Source of the DNA: Cyanidioschyzon merolae
Taxonomy: Eukaryota
Strand: one strand, 5' to 3'
Length of the DNA stretch: 64,000 bases
NCBI GenBank assembly: GCA_000091205.1
Contig: AP006490.2
Positions 55,212 to 64,000 of this stretch are shown here, in pieces. The notes beneath the pieces were generated by a model. It did no database searches and was not told the origin of the DNA. It was given only the letters and a program-made list of their open reading frames with translations. The position numbers were made by a program, and so were the translations under genes. Each line of letters opens with the position of its first letter. Position 1 is the first letter of the stretch.

Positions 55212-56096
55212 GTCAGATTGAAATGGAACGCTACATTGCTCACTCTGTTCTTGCAGTTCGATTCTTTTCCGAAATTTTTATTGGTACAGCCTCGATATTC
55301 CAAGTGAACCGATAAGGATGTACGAATTCGTAGGTAGTTTAAGGATTTTAGGTCGTGTTTTCCGAGTGGCTCCTTCCACGCTTGGCCGCTGGATTTGGTA
55401 ACGTCACCGGAATCAAGATGTTTCGCGACGCCATCAAACAAGGTCGCGTGAAATACCAGATATCAGGATCCAGATGACACCCAGAAGCCTCTACGCCACT
55501 CCTTTCTCCTACGTCTGGTTTACGAGAATCACGCATTCTTCAAAGCCTCGATCGTTCTGTTTCAGGGCAATCCGTGGGGTCCGGCAACGCGCGCCGCCAG
55601 ATTTCCAGCGCAAACAACTTGGCGTCCTCCCGTGGCGACGACGGCACAAGCTTCTGCAGACATATCCCGGAGCTTCTCATGTCGAATATTCGATTCCGTT
55701 CTGGAGACATATCCTACTCTGCTTGCGGTCATCGACATTGTTGCATTCGACACCAGCAGCGCGGTTCCTCTCATCGGATATACTCGCAGAGGCTCCCGTC
55801 TCTATTGTGTGGATGGAGAAAAGGCCTTGGACTCGGAATTCAGTCCTCGCAGCGACCGCCTCCAGTAGAGCGTGCGCAATCGCTATGCACGGAGGATGCA
55901 TAGACGGATCGATACTTTGCGACTTGAGCTCCTGGCTCGGGTCTCTTTCCGGCACCTGTGTCATAATGGACAGCATCGCGTTCCACAGATCCTCTGTTGA
56001 GCGGATCAGCGTGTGCTCCCATGTGCAGCGGGCAGCGTAATCGCCGACCAAGTGGCCCAGAAGAAGCCAGGGTCCATAGCATCGGCACCAGGTGCA
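55212..56096 (-). repeat. right arm of the large inverted repeat (R2 family member)
   Basis: Reverse complement of 52917-53803 with about 2% mismatch. Inner junctions are sharp: 53803|53804 and 55211|55212. Confidence 0.9.
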
Positions 56097-56594
56097 GAAA
56101 CAAACTCGACATTCTTGCACAAAGCGCACACCTCGTAGCGTTCAACCCCTGGCGCATTGGATCGATGCGTGCGCCGAAAGCGCTTGTCACGCTCGAATTT
56201 GATGTCACAGGAAACGGCAGCGTTCCGGAGCCGAAATCGGCGCAGCAGCGCGCAGACGCGCGCGCGCCATCACTGCCTATGCGATCTGCGCGCCGACTAC
56301 GATGTCCCAGCAGTTTCGGCGCGCAAAAGCGCTTTCTTGGCTTTGGGCGGTGGGTACTCAAGCCAAACCAGCCGCGCGAGGGTCTACGGAAACGCCGGTG
56401 GTGTTGTGTGTGTGTGCAGGGCTTTCGTGCTCGCTCATTTTCCAACTGAACTTGGCTCAATTACGTGTAGTGTACAAAGTTATCTAGGATTCGATCGTGC
56501 GGGAGTGCTTTCAGAGTTTCACGAACACGCAGCTCTTCGGCGGAGCAGCCAAAGCCATTCAAGTGCTGTCGGAATATCGTGAAGCTTTTACCGG

Positions 56595-59393
56595 ATGAGT
56601 GCTTGTCTGAGCCGCGCTGATCCCCCGAAAACGGACGAGAAGCCGGCACAGACACCGCCTCGTCTCCTGGCAGTACAGGCGGTGCTCGATAGTCGATCCT
56701 GCTTCTCGGAAACTGCCAGCGCCCGCGTTCATCTGGAGCTACAACCGTGTGCGCTGGCGCCTAGCGAATCGGTTGCGTGCCTTCCGTCGCTTTTTCCATG
56801 CACGATGGACCAGTCCGAGGAAGCCCCGCTTCCGGGTCGGCGCTTCATCTTGCAGGGTGACTGGGCGCTGTCGCCGATCACCCCTGCCGTTCGACAGCCG
56901 CCCATGGAGCGTCGAGCGCCCGGCACCATGCTGCCGGAGGGCTTTAGTGAGGCGGCGACCAGCACCCACGGCATGAGCATGGGAACTTACTACTCGATGA
57001 GATTGGGTTCACCCGTTCCACGTGGAGGGCGGATGCGGACGACACGCCCGTGGCCTGGGATGGCGCTGAGTCCCGCACACGGCTACGCCTTGCAAACCCT
57101 AGCTCCAAGCTCAGCGTTGCTTGATGAATACAGGCGCCAGGCACTGGGGCTGAATACTGAGCCCCACTCTGAGCAGGACGTCATTGATACTGACCCATTT
57201 TCACCAAGCGATGCCGATTTGGCCATGGAAGCCGGTGTTTCCGTCACACCGATGCGTCCAGGCGCGAGTTCACCGCCGATGTCGAGCCCAGTGTACGCCG
57301 GCGTTGGCCTAGCGTTTGCGGTCGATGGAGGATCTCCTGCACTGGGGCCCGGGTCATGTGTAGGCGCGTTCGGGGCCGGAGTGATGACAGGCTGTTCCCT
57401 CATGCAGCCAGCCGCCTGGTCGAATAGTGCAGCAGCGCTGACGCCACTCACCGCACGCCTGCGGGAACAGTCCAGAGTCGCGGCGGATCTCGATCCGGAT
57501 TTCGCTCAGGTTGCCCTGGCTACCAACGACCAACGTTTGCGTATCAAACGATATCGGCAGATCTACGGCGGTATTCAGTCACCAACTACATCGGCAGCTG
57601 GGGTATCACAACCTGATCCACGCGTGTCGTTGAACGTGCCTTTGGAATCTAGTCAGGTCGTCTCGAAAGCAACGCACGCGCAGCGCATAGCAACGGGCAT
57701 TTCCGTTCCGAGCGCCACCTCCGGCTGCTGGGATCCTGATTTCGCTGCAAAGAAGCAACAAGCGGATCCATATGTTAGGCCCCTATCTTGCGAGTCTGCG
57801 CGACCTCCGCGAGAATGCAGTCAGGCGACTACCTCCACCTCGATCGCTAATGCATACTGTCGATTCGAGCACCCCGTTTACTTGGACGCAACGGACTTGA
57901 ACGATGAGGATGCTACCCATTCAGAGGCTTTCAACGAAAGCAACGAGAACATTCGCCTGGAGGCTAGCTTCAGCAGTGAGACCCCAGCGGGTGCCCTGCA
58001 GACGTCGTCTACCCGTGACGAGATGCACAGCCGCGCGCATCTATCCGCTCATGCCGCTGGTGATATGGGTCCTCCTTATGGTATCCCTGTACTGCAAGTA
58101 CTTCAGGAGCGCCAGTTGCCGAACTACATAGAGACAGCGCACGGCAACGAATCGATGCATTCACGCGACCCGAGCCTTCACCAGCAACCAAAAGGATCAT
58201 CAAATCGAAAACGTTCGCGGCACGAAACAGACCCTATGGCGTACCAAGCGGGTACGAGGCATCCTGATGGAGGGTATTGCCCCAGTAGGCCATACTGCTC
58301 GATGCAGAAGACGGAATCGGCCCACACATCAGCATCATCCTCATCGGATGACCTGGTCATGTCGCAGAACACATCCAAAACGCTATCACAGGATCGTTCG
58401 TGTGTACGCTGTTTCGAATCCGGCCTCGAGCGGAAACGCGTTCTCTTCGCCGTACACCCAACCGGTGTCGATGAACGCTCCCTGCCGTCGACCTCGATAG
58501 CAACAGACACAGTGCGAGAAAACCGTCAGTCTTTATTTCCCTCGCCCCATGAAGTACAAGACGGGCACTTTGCGCCTACCGAGGATAACGGTATGCGACC
58601 GTTGCCTTTTGCGGCGAGCGGCAGCGAACGGAGCGCTCTTGCGCCGCCGCCGGTCTCTGTACCCGACGCTAGAGTCATATGTCCCGCATACGAGTCCGTT
58701 TCAGCAGCGCAGTCGCTCGCTTCAGCCGACCAGCATTGCCTCGATCACCATCGAGATACTTTCAGCATCAATCAAACAATCAACTGCTGGTCAAGCGGCA
58801 GAACACGCTATGCACCGGAACCACAGACCCACGCGATGGTGTCCCTCGACGGAACCCAAGCCGAGCATACCGTGGACCCCTATCTACCCTCAGAGGTGCA
58901 TCCTGGAGCTACTGCTAGTGCTGCTGCGCTGGTGCTTGACCCAGCCGCAGCTGCTGAGCTACAACGAGCATCCCGTCGGTTACAAACACCTCGCACCAAC
59001 ACGTTACGAATCGCATCCAAGCGGTGTCGTTGCCGTCGTTCCCGATGTCTCAAGAAATATTGCGACTGTTTCGCCGCAGGTAGTTTCTGCGGCCCTGAGT
59101 GCGAGTGTGAGGGCTGCGGCAACCATCAAGACAACCAGGAACAGGTCGAACGGGCTCGTCAAAGTGCGTCGCAGCGCTCGAGTACCTCCGGTGAGGCACT
59201 AAACGGTGAACCCAGTGCCTCGGAGCGTTCGTCACGAGGCTGTCGCTGCAAGCGCACCGGATGTCTGAAGCGATACTGCGAGTGTTTCCAGGCCGGACGG
59301 GAGTGTACGGCACAGTGCGCCTGTGAAGGCTGTCTGAACTGTCGCGGGCTCAGTGAACACTTGCTGGTTGAAATTCGACGGCGGCTTGCTTGA
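56595..59393 (+). CDS. tesmin/TSO1-like CXC (CRC) domain protein, LIN54-like; two C-terminal CXC modules after a long low-complexity N-terminal region
   Basis: ATG 56595. CRCRRSRCLKKYCDCFAAGSFCGPECECEGCGNH ... CRCKRTGCLKRYCECFQAGRECTAQCACEGCLN. Confidence 0.75.
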   Translation: MSACLSRADPPKTDEKPAQTPPRLLAVQAVLDSRSCFSETASARVHLELQPCALAPSESVACLPSLFPCTMDQSEEAPLPGRRFILQGDWALSPITPAVRQPPMERRAPGTMLPEGFSEAATSTHGMSMGTYYSMRLGSPVPRGGRMRTTRPWPGMALSPAHGYALQTLAPSSALLDEYRRQALGLNTEPHSEQDVIDTDPFSPSDADLAMEAGVSVTPMRPGASSPPMSSPVYAGVGLAFAVDGGSPALGPGSCVGAFGAGVMTGCSLMQPAAWSNSAAALTPLTARLREQSRVAADLDPDFAQVALATNDQRLRIKRYRQIYGGIQSPTTSAAGVSQPDPRVSLNVPLESSQVVSKATHAQRIATGISVPSATSGCWDPDFAAKKQQADPYVRPLSCESARPPRECSQATTSTSIANAYCRFEHPVYLDATDLNDEDATHSEAFNESNENIRLEASFSSETPAGALQTSSTRDEMHSRAHLSAHAAGDMGPPYGIPVLQVLQERQLPNYIETAHGNESMHSRDPSLHQQPKGSSNRKRSRHETDPMAYQAGTRHPDGGYCPSRPYCSMQKTESAHTSASSSSDDLVMSQNTSKTLSQDRSCVRCFESGLERKRVLFAVHPTGVDERSLPSTSIATDTVRENRQSLFPSPHEVQDGHFAPTEDNGMRPLPFAASGSERSALAPPPVSVPDARVICPAYESVSAAQSLASADQHCLDHHRDTFSINQTINCWSSGRTRYAPEPQTHAMVSLDGTQAEHTVDPYLPSEVHPGATASAAALVLDPAAAAELQRASRRLQTPRTNTLRIASKRCRCRRSRCLKKYCDCFAAGSFCGPECECEGCGNHQDNQEQVERARQSASQRSSTSGEALNGEPSASERSSRGCRCKRTGCLKRYCECFQAGRECTAQCACEGCLNCRGLSEHLLVEIRRRLA

Positions 59394-59747
59394 GTGTCGC
59401 ACGCTGCGGCTCATCCACGGTATCGAGAATCACCAGTGTTGATGCTCGCAACTGCTCTTGTCCTGCAAACCATAAATGTGCACAGCACTGACCCCCAATA
59501 TCGACTGGTGGAAAGCTGGTGTGGCGGCTGTAGCAGGGGTAACGCGTGCGCCTGCGGATCCGGCATCGCTCCCGGTAACTGCGTAGCTGGTTCAGCGTCT
59601 ACCTGACAATGCCTAAACAGAAAAAGGTACTCTCCAGGCGATGAAGCGCGCTGGCTGCATCACATCAAATGCTCCTGTAGATCCATTTCAACTCATCCGG
59701 CACGAGCCAGTTTTCCGTGTACTAGTTGTGTCGAACGCGAGTCGCGG

Positions 59748-60764
59748 CTACGGTGAGCGCGCCGGCTCGTTGAGCGCATACCAGCATGCGTTGTTCTCCC
59801 AACGGCTGGTGAGCATTTCCATTTGAGTGAGCGCAAGCAGTACCAGCTTCAGTCTGGTGCGCTCCGTTTCCCACTGATGCAAGAGCGCATCGGCAGAGAG
59901 CCAGGTGTCCCCGTTCGATGCCCAGAGGTCGCGGAGGCGTTGCCACCAGGTAGCCAGTTCGTTCACCGATACTTGTCGTTGAACAAATTGGGAAACTTTT
60001 TCCCGGTACAAGGACTCCAAAGCATCGCCGTTGAGTTTTCGACCCGGCTTGGCGCTATCCGATGACGTAAGCGCCGAGATCGGGCTCTCGTCAGGCGCCA
60101 GCTGCAGTTGTGCCAGCGTACTAGAAGCTAGATGCAAGTCCTCCACAGTGGGTGTCTTGGGCGCTACCTCCTGCCACAAGGATAAACGGTGCTCATCGGC
60201 CGCGTCACTCGCTGCACGCTCCTGTGGCGAAGGCGTCGTTACTGCCTGGCGACGTTCCGACAACGGGGTGGCTACAGGCGCCGCCTCAATATCCAATGCA
60301 CGCGCAATCAGTTCGAGGAAGCGTTCATTCTGCTGAACCAGAGACGTTACCGTATCACTCAGCGCCGACGCGGTAGGCAGACGTTCCGCCAACCACCGAG
60401 CACTCTCCAGGCCACGGCAGAGGTGCACAGCTTGACGAAAGAGGTCAGCGGCGGGCGCAACGGCCTCTGCTGGGTCGCGCGTATGCGTATCCAGCGCTGG
60501 CGCGTCCCAGAACGACTTGAGTTGCGCAATGTCGCGTTCGAGACGGCGACACTCGTGAACCCATTCGTCCCAGTAACCCTTTGATGGAGACACGGGTTCC
60601 CTATCAACGTCCGCTGGCATGTATTCGTGAACGAGAATGCAACGGCACTGTCGAAGCGTACTGCGACACAAGCCCCTACAAAGCGGATCGTATCGTGTCG
60701 GTTCCGTTCGGCTGAGCGGCAATTTCAAATCGCTCGTGGAATAGTCCGTTTTGTCGCTATTCAT
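59748..60764 (-). CDS. hypothetical protein
   Basis: ORF 59748..60767 (TTG; ATG codon 60762-60764), 338 aa, moderately complex sequence, no family recognised. Confidence 0.4.
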   Translation of the reverse strand: MNSDKTDYSTSDLKLPLSRTEPTRYDPLCRGLCRSTLRQCRCILVHEYMPADVDREPVSPSKGYWDEWVHECRRLERDIAQLKSFWDAPALDTHTRDPAEAVAPAADLFRQAVHLCRGLESARWLAERLPTASALSDTVTSLVQQNERFLELIARALDIEAAPVATPLSERRQAVTTPSPQERAASDAADEHRLSLWQEVAPKTPTVEDLHLASSTLAQLQLAPDESPISALTSSDSAKPGRKLNGDALESLYREKVSQFVQRQVSVNELATWWQRLRDLWASNGDTWLSADALLHQWETERTRLKLVLLALTQMEMLTSRWENNACWYALNEPARSP

Positions 60765-62278
60765 CAACGATGCTCGGGATCTGCCTCATGGTCTACCTGA
60801 TCGATCCGCGGGCAGCGATGCTGTCAGTCAGGTGCCAAACGATGGCTGCTCGCCTCCGGGCGCTTCTTCGTGGCACGCACTCCAGGCAAATACGCCCGAT
60901 AGCAACACGGGCATGATTGATGTAGCGAGCTTGCGCAATTGCTGTCTTTGGTGTAAGTTTTTCGGAAACAAGGTAGCGTCGAATCAGCTTCCGCGAAGAG
61001 ACATTGGATCGACGCGGATCCAAGTGTCGGGAGGCTGGCGCAGATCATACACTCGATCGTGGGACGTCATGCAGAGATCATCGAAAGGTGCAATCCCGCT
61101 CGGTGATGGTTAGCCTGGTGGCGCGATGTTATCCATGACCCGCGCATCAGCCAGAGAACATCGTGGTGCCTGGTCGGCCGCACCACTGGCCATTCGCAGG
61201 CGGTGGACTGCCCGTCCTCGAAGCGCATCACTGGAACAGCAGGTGCCTCAGCATTGCTCGCAACGAACAAGTTTTGTGCGCCCGCGAGCGGCTCTGCACC
61301 CGAAGACCTACACAAACGCCCAACGGACCCGGGAGGCGTACGATGCTGCACGCGAGGGCCAGTGTCTGATACCCTGCCTAGATCGTCAGTAGTTTGGCCT
61401 TCGGAAAGCCCGTGTACCATCCATACAATGCTGTACGCGACCGTTGATGTCTTGATCGTCCATGCGCTGCCAGGCGCGTTCAACCTGCAGCAGCAGCAGC
61501 ACCAGCAGCAGCGAATCCCTGTATCGAGGTCGGATGCAGCGGCGCCATCTGCGTAGACATGAAAGTGACTGTACCGTACCAAAATATATATATGTATTCA
61601 TTTCTGTACTGGATGCAAACGGAGCCTTCGGAACGTTCGTCATCGCTCTTGACTCGCAGCTGCCGGAATCCATTCCATCTCGCTTGACGAAGCGCTGACA
61701 TTGACTATGGATCCTAGATGGCGGGATGGATATTGGCATTCGGGAATCACGCATCAGGCTGCACCCTACCTTCAAGCTCCATTTCCCGTACTTTCCTTGA
61801 ATGTGCTGATCGTTACGTTCATTCTATCTTACGCCAACTGCCTACCGTGAGCACCTGCAATAATGCCGAAACAGCTGATGCGTAGGCGGCATGGAGACAG
61901 AACGGTTTGTCACACCGCTGGGGGCGTTGGCTCGAGGCATGGTTCACCGGTCACGGGATCCGGAATTCATCATTATTTTGGGCGCCAGGAAACTGCCCAG
62001 ACAGACGCAGTGTCTGCGGCAGCGCAATGCGATACGCTAATGGACCACCGCGACCAGGGCGACGCCCAGACGCACCATACCTGCTCCCCGTCCCAGAATA
62101 AACTGCGTTATGGACAAGCTGCTCAGGTCTCGCCACTGCAGCCGGTATTTGGGGGTGCATGAAGCACGAGCCCCGCAGACTCGTCCGGCTCGCGGGAGCT
62201 TCGGCCTAGAAAGTAACCTTTCGAATACACGGAAAACATTTCCACCTTTCAACGCTTGCCGAACAAGAGCAAAGAAGT

Positions 62279-62881
62279 TCATGATCGAGTTCCATTTTTC
62301 CCTTGGTTTCTCTTTTCGTTCTGGAATCTGTTGCGACGATGCTTCGTCATGAATTCGACGTCGTAGAGAGCGAATGCCAGACCAGATGCTTCTCTGTAAA
62401 GAAGATTGCTTTCGGGAATATCATAGACTTCGGTGGCTTTACCATGAACATATCCGGAAAGGATCCTGAAAAACTCTTCAAATCCCCTTGAATACACCTG
62501 CGCAGGCTGCAACCTCGTCTCGGGTCGATCCAGGGTACTTGCCGGAACTCCGTTCCACTCGCTGTACCGTTTTCGTTCGGACGGCTGCACACGACTACCG
62601 CAACCGGCTGTATCTGATTTCATAAGCTCACGTGCGCACCGAAGGGTTTGCGCGGCTTGAACATGATAACACCCCTGGATGAGCTTGCTTAGGATAGGCG
62701 ACGAGGCGTACTGGCTTCGAGTCGAGGATCCCGAAGTGGACACCACGCCCCCCGAGACCTGCAGTACCACGCACGAGGCGTTGCTCTTCCGCGGCTCCAG
62801 CGCGACTCCGTTGGCCAGACTAGTTGCCTGTGGCCCACGAACTGGTTCCGGGTTCTTGGAGACGCTCCGAGGCCAACGCAT
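62279..62881 (-). CDS. hypothetical protein (weak; overlaps the start of the + strand ORF 62679-64000 by about 200 nt)
   Basis: ATG codon 62879-62881; the C-terminal half (GFEEFFRILSGYVHGKATEVYDIPESNLLYREASGLAFALYDVEF) is non-repetitive. An internal ATG at about 62623 would remove the overlap. Confidence 0.2.
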   Translation of the reverse strand: MRWPRSVSKNPEPVRGPQATSLANGVALEPRKSNASCVVLQVSGGVVSTSGSSTRSQYASSPILSKLIQGCYHVQAAQTLRCARELMKSDTAGCGSRVQPSERKRYSEWNGVPASTLDRPETRLQPAQVYSRGFEEFFRILSGYVHGKATEVYDIPESNLLYREASGLAFALYDVEFMTKHRRNRFQNEKRNQGKNGTRS

Positions 62882-64000
62882 CGCGCTGCTGGTTCAGCGA
62901 AGCACCCTGTTTCCAGCTCGCATCGTCGCGGCTGTCTGGGTTCACACGCCGTGTGCACCTCTGGTCTGTGGTCCGCAGCTATGGATCGTGCACGAAGACG
63001 GTGAGCTCTGCCGCTACGCGGATTCTGGCTGCAGCTTGGGCGTCTATAGACTCTTGCCGCGTGCTCCAGCGGCCGACACACAACCGGAGGGCATACGCGC
63101 AGTCGCCGTCCAGCCACTGTGCGGGACTTGCACCTATGTCGTTGCTTGGGTAAGCACTCGAAACCGTCTCTGGGCTGGGCGTATTAGGCTGAACGTTTCA
63201 GACGACCTGATTCGAAGTGGGAAGCTCACGATAGCGAGCGAACCCTTGAACAGCGAAGAAGATGCCGTGGACGTGCACCCGCTTCGAACACTGCCACCGG
63301 CATTCGCTGGGGCATCGAGTCTCGAGCTGTGCTGGTTAGCGGACGGTAAGCGACTGAGCATTTGCAGCAACACCGGCGAGTGGTGGATTGATTCGATCAG
63401 CTTTGATGAGAACGTTGATGTCGCAATGACGGGAAACCTAGTCGTCGCCACGGAGAAGGTGCGCGACGCAACGACGAGCGCTGCGACTCGACGCTTGACG
63501 AGTGATCGATTGCGACTGGGGAGCGCTTCGCCAGACGGGCGCTACTGTATCTGGAACACCGCTGATGGTCGTCATTTGCTTCTGGTTGAATCAAGCACTA
63601 CCAAAGTATCTGTACAGCGCAGTTTGTACCGTATACAGCAACCAGCCGGTCGCTGGAACGTGATTCGAACGGATGGACTTTGGTTGCCGTCACTCGGAGG
63701 GCATCCGAATGCCCACTGCTGCACTTTTTTGCGTCACGCGTTGATGCAGCAACCCGACACGAATACGCACTGGTGGTGCTGGAGCTTCCTATCGCTTCCG
63801 AGTGGCGTCTCGCTGTCGATCATGGTGCGCTCCAGGCTCACCAGGGACTGGAACGGCCCTGGTGAACTCGTGAGTATTCCAGAGCCAGATGGAAGCACAT
63901 TGTTGTGGATCCAGGAGAACGGTGCTCGCTCCCTTGCCCGGCTCCAGAGCGTTGCAACCTGCCAGCGTCCTCTCATCGAGTGGGGCGTCAACGCACCGGG
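62679..64000 (+). CDS. 5' portion of a long ORF running off the right edge of the window (at least 440 codons, no stop); not in the supplied ORF track; function unknown
   Basis: I translated frame 0 (mod 3) by hand from ATG 62679 (preceded by TAA at 62667) to 64000 without meeting a stop: MSLLRIGDEAYWLRVEDPEV...SPDGRYCIWNTADGRHLLLVESSTTKVSVQRSLYRIQQPAGRWNVIRTDGLWLPSLGG...LIEWGVNAPG. In GC-rich DNA an open frame of about 1.3 kb is very unlikely by chance. Confidence 0.4.
   Translation, partial: MSLLRIGDEAYWLRVEDPEVDTTPPETCSTTHEALLFRGSSATPLARLVACGPRTGSGFLETLRGQRIALLVQRSTLFPARIVAAVWVHTPCAPLVCGPQLWIVHEDGELCRYADSGCSLGVYRLLPRAPAADTQPEGIRAVAVQPLCGTCTYVVAWVSTRNRLWAGRIRLNVSDDLIRSGKLTIASEPLNSEEDAVDVHPLRTLPPAFAGASSLELCWLADGKRLSICSNTGEWWIDSISFDENVDVAMTGNLVVATEKVRDATTSAATRRLTSDRLRLGSASPDGRYCIWNTADGRHLLLVESSTTKVSVQRSLYRIQQPAGRWNVIRTDGLWLPSLGGHPNAHCCTFLRHALMQQPDTNTHWWCWSFLSLPSGVSLSIMVRSRLTRDWNGPGELVSIPEPDGSTLLWIQENGARSLARLQSVATCQRPLIEWGVNAP

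Noticed and set aside
54326-55441. 371-aa minus-strand Leu-rich ORF covering the Q/C/Y gene and part of the right IR arm
   Set aside because: It is the CTG mirror of the CAG-rich sense strand. The + frame has a signal peptide and periodic cysteines; this one has neither and runs across a repeat junction.
1-64000. Prokaryotic-style systems (operons, CRISPR arrays, defence islands) given the GC-rich ORF-dense look
   Set aside because: The gene content is eukaryotic (proteasome beta, eIF3g, ERGIC3, CXC/LIN54, FKBP, GBE), spacers are long, and there are no short regularly spaced repeats. The ORF track's GTG/TTG 'M' starts are an artefact of the ORF caller, not evidence of bacterial starts.

Overview
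This window looks like nuclear DNA from a GC-rich, intron-poor eukaryote. About 20 genes sit as single uninterrupted ORFs, separated by long gene-free spacers of several kb (e.g. 5.0-8.5 kb, 34.7-39.2 kb, 47.1-50.7 kb).

Recognisable genes: starch/glycogen branching enzyme, bacterial-type ribosomal protein uL10 and polynucleotide phosphorylase (both with N-terminal presequence-like extensions, so probably nuclear-encoded organellar proteins), an FKBP-type peptidyl-prolyl isomerase (PPIase), M17 leucyl aminopeptidase, 20S proteasome beta-1 subunit, a RecQ-family helicase, a class-3 lipase, a TenA/thiaminase-II-like protein, ERGIC3/Erv46, eIF3g and a tesmin/TSO1-type CXC protein. The gene set, the branching enzyme and the architecture fit a plastid-bearing unicellular alga (cyanidiophyte-red-alga-like). 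That is an impression only, not something I can verify here.

One caution on the supplied ORF track: many of its 'M' starts are GTG/TTG codons that I checked in the sequence. I therefore moved CDS starts to the first in-frame ATG and consider all starts approximate.

The most unusual locus is at 52.9-56.1 kb. Two 887/885-bp inverted repeats of about 98% identity enclose a 1.4-kb unique segment. That segment carries one gene, for a secreted protein with a periodic Gln/Cys/Tyr-rich C-x-Q-Y repeat and no obvious homologue. The repeat arms belong to a diverged repeat family with two further copies at 20.3 kb and 43.2 kb.

A second, near-identical repeat family of roughly 0.9-1.1 kb (about 98-99% between copies) occurs three times in the same orientation, at 23.1, 36.9 and 46.0 kb. 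One copy begins 3 bp after the ERGIC3 stop codon. Other structure: a 190-bp direct repeat bracketing the branching-enzyme/uL10 pair, a 15-bp all-GC hairpin, a 68-bp tandem duplication in a divergent promoter region, CAG/CA microsatellites, and a long + strand ORF that runs off the right edge of the window and is absent from the ORF track.
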